Below, one piece after another: positions 37,469 through 47,605 of a stretch of DNA of 64,000 nucleotides. Within the stretch, counting starts at the first letter, position 1. Every line of letters starts with the position of its first letter. The position numbers and the translations under genes are program-made. The notes under the pieces are model-generated. The model was not told the DNA's origin. It did no database searches and saw only the letters and a list, made by a program, of their open reading frames with translations. Origin of the DNA: Dehalococcoidia bacterium (GTDB lineage: Bacteria; Chloroflexota; Dehalococcoidia; Bin125); the NCBI GenBank assembly GCA_965220315.1, contig CBDCPP010000001.1, positions 972,806-1,036,805 of the forward strand. The letters are read 5' to 3'.

Positions 37469-40378
37469 GTGGCCTCCCGCGCTCCCGCTTCCGCGGTACC
37501 GAAGCTCGCAGACTTTGTCGCCCTCGACGTCGAGACCACCGGACTCGACCCGAGCCACGACCGCATTACTGAGTTCGGCGCTGTCCGCTTCACGTTCACG
37601 GGGGCTTCCGAGACATACGAGACACTCGTCGACCCGGGTATTCCCCTGCCAGAAGCCGTGGTCCGTATTACCGGCATCACCCCTGCGCTGCTCCATGGTG
37701 CTCCCTCGTTCAACGCTGTCCGCCTCGACATTGAGGACTTCCTTGGCGACGCTGCGATCGTCGGCCACAACATCGCTTTCGACTTGGAGTTCCTCGCTCG
37801 CGCCGGCGTCGAGCCGCCGGGTCTTGCACTTGACACCTTCGAATTCTCGGCGCTTCTCGCCCCCAGCGAGCGCAAGCACAATTTGGAAGCGGTGGCAGCG
37901 CGTCTCGGCGTTGGCGCGAGCACCCACCACCGCGCCCTCGCCGACGCTGAGACTAGCCGTCGTGTCTTCCTGGTGCTGGTCCAGCAGGCTCGCGCGCTCC
38001 CACCGGATCTCCTGAGAGACCTCGTCGTGCTTGGTGCCGGCGCTGACTGGCCGTTGGCGCAGCTTCTGCGTTCACTCTCCACAGCGGACTCCACTGGCGT
38101 GCCGCCTCCCCCGCCAACGCGCCGCCCGGCGACTCCCGTTCCTCGGAGGGATAAGGAAGCTTCACCCACGCTATCAGCGCCGCTGCCGAGTTGGGACGGC
38201 CCCCCGCCCAGTCTAGCGGGAGAAACTACTGTTCTCCCCTCCCCGGAGGAGCAGATTACTCTGGCACTCGACACGCTCGCCTTCGGCACTGCTCACCCAG
38301 AGATCTTCGGCACCTTCGAGCAGCGCCCGGAGCAGGTCGGCATGACCCGCGCCGTCGCCGCCGCCGTCGCTCAAGGCCGCCACCTCGTGGTTGAGGCCGG
38401 CACCGGTACGGGTAAGACGCTCGCCTATCTCGTCCCAGCCGCTCTTCATGCGCTACGTGAAGGCCAACGCGTGATCGTCAGTACGAACACAATCAACCTA
38501 CAAGAGCAAGTGCTGAGCAAGGACATTCCCGCCCTGCGGATCCTGATCGCGGACGCGATCGGCGGCGAGGCCGCTGCCCAACTGCGCGTCACTGAACTCA
38601 AAGGGCGTCGCAACTACCTCTGTCGCCGTCGCGTCGCGACGGAACGTCTCGCTGACACCAATACCACAGCTGATGCAGGACTCCTCGCTCGCCTCAGCGT
38701 CTGGCTGCGCAGTACCGAAACGGGAGATCGCGCTGATCTTCGCCTGCTCCCTGGTGAGGATTCGATCTGGAACCGCTTCAGCGCGGAGAGTGAAGATTGC
38801 CTGTCCGATCCTAGCTGCCCCTTCGTGCGCAACGGCACCTGCTTCCTACAACGAGCGCGCAAGCGCGCGGAAGCGGCGCATATCGTCGTTGTCAATCACG
38901 CTTTGCTGCTCAGTGATCTCGCTGCAGGTGGCAGCGCTCTTCCTGCCGCCGACACCGTCGTGGTCGACGAAGCGCACCACTTGGAGGACGCCGCCACTCA
39001 ACACATGGGTGTGAGCTTTAGCCCTGAATCCTTTCAGGAACCGCTCGACCGAATCCAACGTCCCGGCCCTCGCGGTGCCCCCGTGGGCCTCGTACCCCTG
39101 ATCGTACGCAAGCTCGGTACCGTTAAAGCTGGGGCCGATACTCCTGTCGATGCAGCTGATATCGCAGCCTCTCTCCCAGCTCTCGCCGCTCGTGTAAACG
39201 AAGCCCTTGATGCACTCGTCGAACTTCTCCGTCGCTTCGCCGCCGATCAGGCAGACGATGCTTTTGGACAAGAGCGTCGGCTGCGCCTCACCGCAGGCCG
39301 CCGCGCCCAGCCAGCCTGGAGCGAGGTCGAGATACAGTGGGAAGTCGCCTGGGACGCGCTCCGTGCGCTCGACGCACGCCTTGAGGCGCTGCACGATGCG
39401 CTTGAGCACGCCGCTCTCTACGTACCCGAACTCGACTCGCTCGCGGCCGATGTTGAGCAGCTGCGCGGGCTTATCCTCGACCGTACTGAGGTAGGCGGCC
39501 GCCTCCTCACACAAACCGACGATGCCATGATCGTCTGGCTGACCGTTTCCAAGCGCACTGGTGCCGTCTCGCTTGGTGCCGCCCCTCTATATGTGGCCGA
39601 GCGTCTTGCCGAGGAATTCTTCGGGCGCAAGCGCTCGGTCATTCTTACAGGTGCGACTCTCTGCACCGAAGGCCGCTTTGACTATCTCCGTGGCCTCGTC
39701 GGCTTGGATGACGCCGACGAGGCCTGCTTCGGCTCTCCGTTCGATTACCGCCGCGCTGTTCGCCTCCTCCTTCCCACAGCCTTCCCCGCTCCTAATGAGC
39801 CCGGCTTCCAGCAGGCATTCAACGAGGTGCTGATCGACCTCGTCCTTGCTAGTGAAGGACGAGCTCTGGCCCTTTTCACTTCGCACGGTGCCCTTCGTGG
39901 TACCGCTAGGGACGTACGCGGCCCGCTCGCCGAAGCTGGCATTCTCACTCTCGCACAGGGTATTGATGGTTCCCCCGCGCGCCTCGTCGCCGAATTGCTT
40001 CGCAATCCCCGCGCGCTCTTGCTCGGTAGCGCGGCCTTCTGGGAAGGCGTCGACCTCCCCGGCGACGTGGTTTCGCTCATCGTCATCGCCCGTCTCCCTT
40101 TCGCCGTTCCCAGTGATCCCGTCTTTACAGCCCGATCCGAACTCTACGAGGACTCGTTCTACGAGTACGCTATCCCCCAGGCCATTGTGCGCTTTCGCCA
40201 GGGATTCGGCCGCTTGATCCGACGATGCGGCGATCGTGGCGTCGTCGCTGTCTTGGATGGGCGCATCACGAGTAGGCGCTACGGCGGGAGTTTCCTGGGG
40301 TCGCTTCCGCCTGCAGAGCAGCGCCGTGTCCCAGCCGCTGAATTTGGTGCCCTCACCGCAGAGTGGCTGAGCCGATGA
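37469..40378 (+). CDS. dinG: DinG-family ATP-dependent DNA helicase fused to an N-terminal DnaQ-like 3'-5' exonuclease domain
   Basis: FVALDVETTGLDPSHDRITEFGAV (Exo I), HNIAFDLEFL (Exo II), HRALADAE (Exo III). Then Rad3/DinG helicase motifs (VEAGTGTGKTLAYLVPA, VVVDEAHHL). 969 aa. Confidence 0.9.
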   Translation: MASRAPASAVPKLADFVALDVETTGLDPSHDRITEFGAVRFTFTGASETYETLVDPGIPLPEAVVRITGITPALLHGAPSFNAVRLDIEDFLGDAAIVGHNIAFDLEFLARAGVEPPGLALDTFEFSALLAPSERKHNLEAVAARLGVGASTHHRALADAETSRRVFLVLVQQARALPPDLLRDLVVLGAGADWPLAQLLRSLSTADSTGVPPPPPTRRPATPVPRRDKEASPTLSAPLPSWDGPPPSLAGETTVLPSPEEQITLALDTLAFGTAHPEIFGTFEQRPEQVGMTRAVAAAVAQGRHLVVEAGTGTGKTLAYLVPAALHALREGQRVIVSTNTINLQEQVLSKDIPALRILIADAIGGEAAAQLRVTELKGRRNYLCRRRVATERLADTNTTADAGLLARLSVWLRSTETGDRADLRLLPGEDSIWNRFSAESEDCLSDPSCPFVRNGTCFLQRARKRAEAAHIVVVNHALLLSDLAAGGSALPAADTVVVDEAHHLEDAATQHMGVSFSPESFQEPLDRIQRPGPRGAPVGLVPLIVRKLGTVKAGADTPVDAADIAASLPALAARVNEALDALVELLRRFAADQADDAFGQERRLRLTAGRRAQPAWSEVEIQWEVAWDALRALDARLEALHDALEHAALYVPELDSLAADVEQLRGLILDRTEVGGRLLTQTDDAMIVWLTVSKRTGAVSLGAAPLYVAERLAEEFFGRKRSVILTGATLCTEGRFDYLRGLVGLDDADEACFGSPFDYRRAVRLLLPTAFPAPNEPGFQQAFNEVLIDLVLASEGRALALFTSHGALRGTARDVRGPLAEAGILTLAQGIDGSPARLVAELLRNPRALLLGSAAFWEGVDLPGDVVSLIVIARLPFAVPSDPVFTARSELYEDSFYEYAIPQAIVRFRQGFGRLIRRCGDRGVVAVLDGRITSRRYGGSFLGSLPPAEQRRVPAAEFGALTAEWLSR

Positions 40379-40896
40379 CTTGTGGAGAAGGAGAGCGGTG
40401 GCCGCGTTATTTGCGCTCTAAGCGCCTTCGCCTGCGTGCTATTGCCCCTGCAGATTTGGCCGACGAGCCACCGGAATGGCTTGCCGCAGCCGAGCATGAG
40501 ATCTTGGGCAGGGAGCGGCCCGTGGCTCTCTATACCCAGATGCAAGAGGGATCTGCGGCCTTCTGGATCGACCTGCGTTTGCCTGGCGGCCTTTGTACTG
40601 TAGGCGCGCTCAGGGCGCGACTCACAGAAGGCGATCTCACCTGGGGTTGGCTCGCCATCGATCCTGCTTGGCGCGCACGCGGCCTCGCCGCCGCCGCCGC
40701 CTTGCTGATCGAGCGTGCTGCTGTTCGTGCAGGGGCCGCACGAGCGTGCGTGCATGTCTCCGCTGCCAACGGCATTGCACTCTACTTTTGGTTGCGTCTC
40801 GGCTATCGGCCGCTTCCGGGCGCTCTCGCCAGCACTGCCCTGCATAACAGTGGTGATGATCATGAAGGCATGTGGATGCTTCGCGAACTCTCGTAA
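40375..40896 (+). CDS. GNAT-family N-acetyltransferase
   Basis: WLAIDPAWRARGLAAAAALLIERAA (motif A, acetyl-CoA binding) ... YFWLRLGYRP. ATG 40375 overlaps the dinG stop (ATGA). Confidence 0.7.
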   Translation: MTCGEGERWPRYLRSKRLRLRAIAPADLADEPPEWLAAAEHEILGRERPVALYTQMQEGSAAFWIDLRLPGGLCTVGALRARLTEGDLTWGWLAIDPAWRARGLAAAAALLIERAAVRAGAARACVHVSAANGIALYFWLRLGYRPLPGALASTALHNSGDDHEGMWMLRELS

Positions 40897-40906
40897 GCGA
40901 AGGATG

Positions 40907-41269
40907 TTAGAAAACGCGCTCCTGCAGCAGCCGTTCCCGCTCGCCCTCAGCGCGTTGTCGGTCCAGCGCAGCCTGCCGCTGGCGCCGCCGGATCAGATCC
41001 TGCCGCACAAGCCGTGCAAGCCCGCTTCCCGTTCCCACCGCTCCTGCGATCAGAGCCACGGCGCTCACAGTCTCTGTGAACGAAAGCGTTCCGCCCAGCC
41101 ACAACCCGGCGAAGAAAGCGGTGAACACCCCAACGGTGGGTAGCCACCACGCGCGCCGCCTTGCACTTGGCCGGGCAGAGTACTCTTCTCTTGGATCAGT
41201 GGTAGGCACGGCGGTGCGCTGCCGCGTTGCCGCTGGGCGGTGTCGACGTCGGCGACGCTGGCGCGGCAC
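40907..41269 (-). CDS. small hypothetical membrane protein (2 TM) with Arg-rich termini
   Basis: 120-aa ORF. The central WWLPTVGVFTAFFAGLWLGG...AVALIAGAVGTG segment is hydrophobic. Start uncertain. Confidence 0.35.
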   Translation of the reverse strand: MPRQRRRRRHRPAATRQRTAVPTTDPREEYSARPSARRRAWWLPTVGVFTAFFAGLWLGGTLSFTETVSAVALIAGAVGTGSGLARLVRQDLIRRRQRQAALDRQRAEGERERLLQERVF

Positions 41270-41272
41270 GCG

Positions 41273-41602
41273 CTATTCGATCTTGCGCCGCACGATATCG
41301 CGCGCGCTCCCTGATTGCCTGCGTGCACGTCCCGGACGGCGAGGCTTGTTCGAAGTCTCATTTCTTGGCGCGGGTTCGTCGCCCAACTGGGCGAGGCAGT
41401 GCTGGCAGCCGAACTCCAATGCCATCGTGGATTCGTCGATCCAAACCGACCCACAGTCCTTGCCGGTCTCACCGCTCCCATCACCGCCGGATGCGTTCGT
41501 CAGCACCAGATGAAAGCGCTGACCGCATTGTGAGCAGTGCGCTGAGTTGGAGTCGTTCGATTCCTCCTTGCATACATGGCAGCGCTCGCTCGTGCTGGTC
41601 AT
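41273..41602 (-). CDS. hypothetical double zinc-ribbon protein
   Basis: Four CxxC pairs (CHVCK, CSQCG, C...C, CQHC). ATG at 41602 with GGAAGG SD. The listed longer ORF (to 41773) overlaps the cca gene. Confidence 0.4.
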   Translation of the reverse strand: MTSTSERCHVCKEESNDSNSAHCSQCGQRFHLVLTNASGGDGSGETGKDCGSVWIDESTMALEFGCQHCLAQLGDEPAPRNETSNKPRRPGRARRQSGSARDIVRRKIE

Positions 41603-41753
41603 CGTTCCTGCCTTCCCATACGCGCCCGATTCTATCTGATATTTTGCACTACACCTTTCGGCGTATTCGCCTTCGTACTGCTTGCTTCCTGCTCTGCCCG
41701 GTTGCGCTGTCTGAAAGCTTCTCATCGAGCATGGCGTCGTGGAGACCAGCACA

Positions 41754-42923
41754 TCAGGTGCCGAGCGCTGCATCGCACAGACCCAGTGCCGCGAGTTCCG
41801 CGGCGCTCAGTGGTGACTCGACATTGCGCCACGCTGCTAGATACAGCCGCACACGCTCCCCCGCACGCCCCGTCCACAGGGCCGCAGCAGCCTCCACCAC
41901 CGACTCCGGCTCTTCCCGCAGGAACGCTGCCGTTGCACGAGGAGCTAGCGCGCGTGCCGCGATCTGTAAACGGCGCTGCCGCAAATGCTGGCCGTGTTCC
42001 AACGCTTGCCGCTCCTTGCGACGCAGCACGCAGCGCTTAGCCACGCGCTGCGTCAACGATGGCTCCTCCACGAGCCCTTGCAGTGCCCAGAAGTGCTCGC
42101 TCTGTCGTCTTTCCATCTCACCCAGTCGCGCCCAGGCACGCAGCAGACGCGGTGGCGGTCGCCAGCCTCGCACCGCTGCTTCTGTTAATCCCCACTTGAC
42201 CGCTCGCTGCAGCGCGCCGTCTGCTGCCTTGTCCTCTAGTAGTCGGCGCCACTCTGTTCCGAAGCGTCCATCGCTCAACCCCTGCAATTTATCCGTGTCG
42301 CGCCGCAACAGCCGCATCGTTTCGTGGGAGAGGCGTCCTTCCAACCGGGCGGCGTAGCGGCAGGCTCTCAATAGGCGCGTGGGATCGTGAATGAATGAGT
42401 GCGTGTGGAGCACGCGGATCCGCCGCGCGCGTAGGTCGTACAGTCCGCCGCATAGATCCAACAGTTCTCCCCGGCGCTCGTTCGTTAGCGCCAGCGCCAC
42501 TGCGTTGACACTGAAGTCTCGCCGCGGCAAGTCATCGACGATCGCTGCGGGCCATACCACGGGTAGTGCTGCCGGCTCGGGGTAACGCTCACGTCGGGCT
42601 CTGGCGAGATCGACGGTCGCGCTGCCGAACTGCAGACGTGCGGTCAGGAAGCGCGGGAAGAGCGTGAACTCCGCCTTGCTAGCTTGCGCGGCAGCGCGAG
42701 CGATGGCCTCAACCTTGCCCTCCACTACTAAATCGATCTCGTACGTTGGACCTGGTTGGTCGCGCAGCAGATCGCGTAACGCACCCCCCACGAGGTAGAG
42801 CGCCGCCCCGTGGCGCTCCGACTGGTCGACACACACGCGGGTCAGCGTCGCCGCTTCCCGCGTGGAAGTGCGTTCGAGCTGCTCGATCAGATCCGATCTC
42901 AAAGCAAGATGCGTACTCGTCAT
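41754..42923 (-). CDS. cca: CCA-adding enzyme / tRNA nucleotidyltransferase (poly(A) polymerase head-domain family)
   Basis: ALYLVGGALRDLL...EIDLVV (GG and D.D nucleotidyltransferase motifs), RDFSVNAVA, and C-terminal HD-like region. Start taken at ATG (MTSTHLALRS...); the listed ORF extends to the GTG at 43034. Confidence 0.85.
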   Translation of the reverse strand: MTSTHLALRSDLIEQLERTSTREAATLTRVCVDQSERHGAALYLVGGALRDLLRDQPGPTYEIDLVVEGKVEAIARAAAQASKAEFTLFPRFLTARLQFGSATVDLARARRERYPEPAALPVVWPAAIVDDLPRRDFSVNAVALALTNERRGELLDLCGGLYDLRARRIRVLHTHSFIHDPTRLLRACRYAARLEGRLSHETMRLLRRDTDKLQGLSDGRFGTEWRRLLEDKAADGALQRAVKWGLTEAAVRGWRPPPRLLRAWARLGEMERRQSEHFWALQGLVEEPSLTQRVAKRCVLRRKERQALEHGQHLRQRRLQIAARALAPRATAAFLREEPESVVEAAAALWTGRAGERVRLYLAAWRNVESPLSAAELAALGLCDAALGT

Positions 42924-43024
42924 AATGATGAATCGTGATAGTGAGCTATCGAGTGCCGCGATAGGGGAGGATAAACTGCGCATGTGTCTGAGCGGCTGAC
43001 GATTAGCCTTCTGGACCTCTGGTC

Positions 43025-43789
43025 GTGACTGCACAGGCGGTTCTCGACTCTGCGGCCCTCTCGCGTGCTCATAGTGGTCGGCGCCTGGACGCTCTCACCC
43101 GCCGCCTTGGTTACCGCTTCGATAACACCGCGTTGCTGCGTCAAGCGTTCCTCCATCGTTCCTATCTCAATGAGAACCCCCAAGAGCTTCTCGAATCAAA
43201 CGAGCGCTTGGAGTTCCTCGGCGACGCCGTTCTCGACCAGATCATCTCCCGCCGTCTCTATGATGATTATCCTGCGGCGGGCGAGGGTTGGCTGACAGAA
43301 GTGCGCTCTCTTCTCGTGCGAAACGAAACACTCGCCCTTCTCGCCGAGCAATATGGCCTTGGTTCATACATCGTGCTCGGCAAGGGTATCGGCGCGCAGA
43401 ACGGCCGCGAGCAACCTGCCATTTTGGGTCGTACCTTCGAGGCGCTGATCGGTGCCATCTATATCGACGGAGGGCTCAGAGCCGCACAGCGTTTCGTCCT
43501 CCGCGCGCTCGCCGCCGAGCTTGACGCCATCGCCATCGCTGGTTTTGAGCGTGATCCGAAGACGCTCCTCCAAGAAGCCTGCCAGAGTCGCTGGCACGCT
43601 ACCCCCACGTACCACACGATCGACGAACGCGGCCCCGCCCACGCACGTGAGTTCACCGTGTTGGTCCGTTTGAAAGACCGCGATCTCGCCACTGGTGATG
43701 GCAAGAGCAAGCAGGCCGCCGAGAAATTAGCCGCGGAAGCAGCTCTGCGCTTACTGCCAGCGGCCGCGCCAGCCGGCTCGCGAGGGTGA
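43025..43789 (+). CDS. rnc: ribonuclease III
   Basis: RNase III signature ERLEFLGDAVL, EALIGAIYIDGG, and a C-terminal dsRBD. Confidence 0.93.
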   Translation: MTAQAVLDSAALSRAHSGRRLDALTRRLGYRFDNTALLRQAFLHRSYLNENPQELLESNERLEFLGDAVLDQIISRRLYDDYPAAGEGWLTEVRSLLVRNETLALLAEQYGLGSYIVLGKGIGAQNGREQPAILGRTFEALIGAIYIDGGLRAAQRFVLRALAAELDAIAIAGFERDPKTLLQEACQSRWHATPTYHTIDERGPAHAREFTVLVRLKDRDLATGDGKSKQAAEKLAAEAALRLLPAAAPAGSRG

Positions 43790-43796
43790 CGCGATC

Positions 43797-46700
43797 GTGC
43801 ACCTGAAGCAGATCGAGATCCAGGGTTACAAGTCGTTCGCTAGTAAGACGGTGGTTGAGATCGATCCTGGGATCACCGCCGTCGTCGGTCCTAACGGCTC
43901 TGGCAAGTCCAACATCACCGACGGTGTGCGCTGGGTGCTGGGTGAGCACAGTGGTAAGGCGATGCGCACCCGCCGTCTGGAGGAAGTGATCTTCGCCGGC
44001 TCCGATCAGCGGCCACCTGCTGGTATGGCGGAAGTCAAGATTACCCTCAATAACGAGGACAATTGGCTGCCGCTCGACTTCACCGAGGTCAACGTCGCCC
44101 GCCGTGTGCACCGCAACGGTGACTCCGAATTCTTCATCAACAACAACAGAGTGCGCCTGCGCGATATCCAGGAACTCTTCCTACGCAGTGGTCTTGGTCC
44201 TAGTTCTTACGCAATCCTGGGTCAAGGTCTCATCGAGGAAGTACTCCGCCTCCGGCCCGAGGAGCGCCGCGCGTTGATCGAAGAGGTCGCGGACGTGCGC
44301 CGCCACCGTGTCCGTATTGAAGAGGCACAGCGCAAACGTGGCGAGGCTCATGAGAATCTTGGCAAAGTGCGCCTACTACTTGATGAGATCGAACCTCGCA
44401 TGCGCGCGCTCGAGCGCCAAGCTAAGCGTGCGCTCAAGCACGCCGAGTTCCAACGCGACCTTCGTCGCGCACTGGCAGACTGGTATGGTCGTGAGTGGCG
44501 ACGTACGGACAATAATCGCGCGCACGCACGCGAAACCTTCGATCTCCACGAGCGCCAGCAGAGCGAGGCCGCAAGAGCAGTGAGCGCTGCTGAAGCGGCG
44601 GTGGCGGAAGCCGAGAGCCAGCTGCGCGCGACGCGCCTTGAGGCTGAGCGCGCCGCCGCCGCGCAGCGCCGCCGCACCGATCATATCCGTCGTCTCGAAC
44701 AAGAGCAGGCGCTGGCCGATGAGCGCAAGCGCTTGCTGACTGATCGCGCCGCTGAACTGCGGCGGGATCTTGGTGCGCTCGATCGCGACGGCGCGGCAGC
44801 AGCGCGCGATACCAACATCGAACTGGACCCCAATTTGGAGCGGTCCCTCGCGGAAGCCGAAGGCGCACTCGACGCTGCCCGCGACCGCCTCGCCCGGGTC
44901 GATGCCGAGCAGGAAGCGATCCGCGGTCGGCTGATCGAGATCGATGGAGACCTCGCTCGCCTCCGCGGAGCCCAAGCTGAAGGCGACGCGCGCTTGAGTC
45001 ATATCAACACTGAGCGCGAGCGCCTCGGCGGCGATATCACGGAAGCGCGCAGATCAACTCTGCAAGCTGCACTGGAGGAGGCCGAGGCTGTAGCTGCGCG
45101 CGCCGAGGAAGTAAGTGTCGAGGGTGCCGCCATCGCCAAGCAGGCGCGCGCGCGCCGCGAGAGCTTGGCTCAGCGCTACTACGCCGCTTCCGCTTACATT
45201 CGTAACCTGGAGAGTTCTCGCGCCGATCGTGAACGGCGGCTGCAAGCGGCTCGTGACCGGCTCGATATTCTGCGCGCGATGCAGGCGGAAAGCGAGGGCA
45301 TGCGCCAAGGGTTGCGCGCCCTCTTCGGCAGTCGCGGCGTGCCTCGCGGCGACGAGCCTACCGGCATCCCCGGCGTGCTCGGCGTGCTCCGCCATTTAAT
45401 GCGTGTTCCCCGTGGCCTCGAACATGCGATCGAAGCTGCGCTTGAGGACTACGTGGACGCCGTCGTCTTTGATGACGCAGAGCAAGCGCTCCAGATCATT
45501 GATGCACTTTCGCGTGAGCACGCCGGACGGATCGTCACGCTCCCGCTCGATACGCTGCGCCACCGAAGCCCACTCGCGCTCCAACGCGAGTCGGCTGTCA
45601 TCGGAACAGCATCCGACCTCGTTCAGTGCGATGATCGCTTTCGCCCCCTAATCGACACGGTGCTCGGTCGCACCATCGTTGTGGAGGACATTGCCACCGC
45701 TCGTCAGATCCTTGGGCGGGGGTTGAGTAGTGTGGTGACTCGCGAAGGCCACCTGTTGCGTCCGCTCGGTGCCATCGTCGGTGGCGAGGTGGCCAAGAGC
45801 AGTTCGTTCGGCCGCGAGAGCGAGCTGCAGTCGTTGCCAGGCGAGATCACCGACCTCGAACGTTCTCTACAGCAATCCGGCGAATATGAAGAGCGTAAGG
45901 ACGAGTTGGTCGATATCGAGTGCCAACTCACTGCCGCTGAAGCCGAAACCGAGCACACGGCTGAGCAACGCGCGATCGCTATCGACGATGCTGCTGCCCG
46001 CAGGGCTGAAGCGCTTCGCTTGCGCGGCGAATTCGAGAGTATTGAGGCTGAGGTCGCCCGCGCACGCGCGCACCTCGCTACTCTTGATGAAGAAGAGGCA
46101 CGCCTCCGTCAAGAGATCGCCACTCGGGATGCCGAGAGCGACGCGATCGAAGGCCGACGGCCGCCCCTTGCTACGATGGAAGAGTTCGACAGCCGCCGTC
46201 GCGAGTATGCACAACTCGTCGGAGAGGCAGAGGCCCGCCATAGCACGTTCGCCGGCCGCCACGAGACGATTGAAGCAGCTTTGCGCGCACGCGCGGCCGC
46301 CCAAGTCCGTATGCGTGAGCAACGCCAGGCGCGCACCGCCCGGCTTCAAGAGGTTGAGCGTGAGCTGACCGAGATCGCAGAGGAAGCCGTCCAGCGCGAG
46401 CGCGACCTCGCCCACCTGCGCGAGGAGCACGCTGTCGTTCTCGCCGCTAGCCCGGACAGCGATGCCGTTTCCCGTCTCGCCGAAATAGAGGCTGCCCGTC
46501 GCGAGACCGTGCAAGCCTCGCAGAAAGGGCTGCTCACTGCGGATCGGGCCCTTCTTAACGCTAAGGCTGCTTTACAGGAGAACCACGCTGCCCGTGAGCG
46601 CTTACGTGAGACGATGCGTACCGATGGGTTCGATGTCGACGACCGCGGTCGCATTCTCATATTGGACGGGCTTCCCGGAGCGGTCCCGGCCCAAGGAGAG

Positions 46701-47579
46701 GCGCGGATGGACGGTACCAGTACTGCCGCTCCCATGCAGATGAGTATTACCCGCTCCGCCACGCACACCGTGCTCGAGAGCGGTCCCGGCGTTCCCGATC
46801 CTTCGCGTGAGGACAGCGGTCAAGGTGATGGTGCGATCACGGACGAGGCTCTTGCGGAGGGGTCTCTTGGTTCGGCGCCCGTTCCCGTCACCGACGATCC
46901 TGAGATGGCCGGCCTCCCCGACGACGAACTGCGCGAGCTGGTGGAGGAGAATCGCGCCCGCTTGCGCCGACTTGGCACCGTCAACGTTGATGCGGCGGCC
47001 GAGTACAAGGAGATTAGTGAACGGCATGCCTATCTCAGTGGCCAGGTCACTGACCTCGAAGATGCTGAGCGACGCATGCTGGAGGTCGAAACCGAACTGA
47101 CTGGGCTGCTCCGCGTCTCCTTCCGCGAGACTTTTGATAAAGTTGACGAGCAGTTCCGACGCTACTTCAAGGTGATGTTCAGTGGCGGTCGCGCGCAGCT
47201 CACTATCCCTGACGATGATTGGGATCAGGGAGGCGTTGAGCTAGAGGCGCAACCTCCCGGCAAGCGCGTTGAAGCGCTCTCTATGCTCTCTGGAGGTGAA
47301 CGATCCCTCACTGCCATTGCCCTGCTCTTCGCGGTGCTGGAAGTCAACCCCGCTCCCTTCTGCGTCCTCGACGAGGTCGATGCCGCCTTGGATGAGGCCA
47401 ACGTCGGCCGCTTCGTATCTGCGCTCAAGGAACTGGCCATGCGCACTCAATTCGTCGTGATTACACATAACCGCCGCACGATCGAACAGGCCGACACCAT
47501 CTACGGCATCACGATGGGCGAGGACTCCGTTAGCCGTGTTCTCTCCGTGCGCCTGGCCGAACTCAATCTCGCTGAGTAG
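43797..47579 (+). CDS. smc: chromosome partition protein SMC
   Basis: 1260 aa. Walker A GPNGSGKSN, long coiled coils, hinge, C-terminal LSGGE signature and Walker B. rnc-smc-ftsY synteny. Confidence 0.95.
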   Translation: MHLKQIEIQGYKSFASKTVVEIDPGITAVVGPNGSGKSNITDGVRWVLGEHSGKAMRTRRLEEVIFAGSDQRPPAGMAEVKITLNNEDNWLPLDFTEVNVARRVHRNGDSEFFINNNRVRLRDIQELFLRSGLGPSSYAILGQGLIEEVLRLRPEERRALIEEVADVRRHRVRIEEAQRKRGEAHENLGKVRLLLDEIEPRMRALERQAKRALKHAEFQRDLRRALADWYGREWRRTDNNRAHARETFDLHERQQSEAARAVSAAEAAVAEAESQLRATRLEAERAAAAQRRRTDHIRRLEQEQALADERKRLLTDRAAELRRDLGALDRDGAAAARDTNIELDPNLERSLAEAEGALDAARDRLARVDAEQEAIRGRLIEIDGDLARLRGAQAEGDARLSHINTERERLGGDITEARRSTLQAALEEAEAVAARAEEVSVEGAAIAKQARARRESLAQRYYAASAYIRNLESSRADRERRLQAARDRLDILRAMQAESEGMRQGLRALFGSRGVPRGDEPTGIPGVLGVLRHLMRVPRGLEHAIEAALEDYVDAVVFDDAEQALQIIDALSREHAGRIVTLPLDTLRHRSPLALQRESAVIGTASDLVQCDDRFRPLIDTVLGRTIVVEDIATARQILGRGLSSVVTREGHLLRPLGAIVGGEVAKSSSFGRESELQSLPGEITDLERSLQQSGEYEERKDELVDIECQLTAAEAETEHTAEQRAIAIDDAAARRAEALRLRGEFESIEAEVARARAHLATLDEEEARLRQEIATRDAESDAIEGRRPPLATMEEFDSRRREYAQLVGEAEARHSTFAGRHETIEAALRARAAAQVRMREQRQARTARLQEVERELTEIAEEAVQRERDLAHLREEHAVVLAASPDSDAVSRLAEIEAARRETVQASQKGLLTADRALLNAKAALQENHAARERLRETMRTDGFDVDDRGRILILDGLPGAVPAQGEARMDGTSTAAPMQMSITRSATHTVLESGPGVPDPSREDSGQGDGAITDEALAEGSLGSAPVPVTDDPEMAGLPDDELRELVEENRARLRRLGTVNVDAAAEYKEISERHAYLSGQVTDLEDAERRMLEVETELTGLLRVSFRETFDKVDEQFRRYFKVMFSGGRAQLTIPDDDWDQGGVELEAQPPGKRVEALSMLSGGERSLTAIALLFAVLEVNPAPFCVLDEVDAALDEANVGRFVSALKELAMRTQFVVITHNRRTIEQADTIYGITMGEDSVSRVLSVRLAELNLAE

Positions 47580-47605
47580 CGCGCGGACGCTGGCGAGGCT
47601 CTGTA

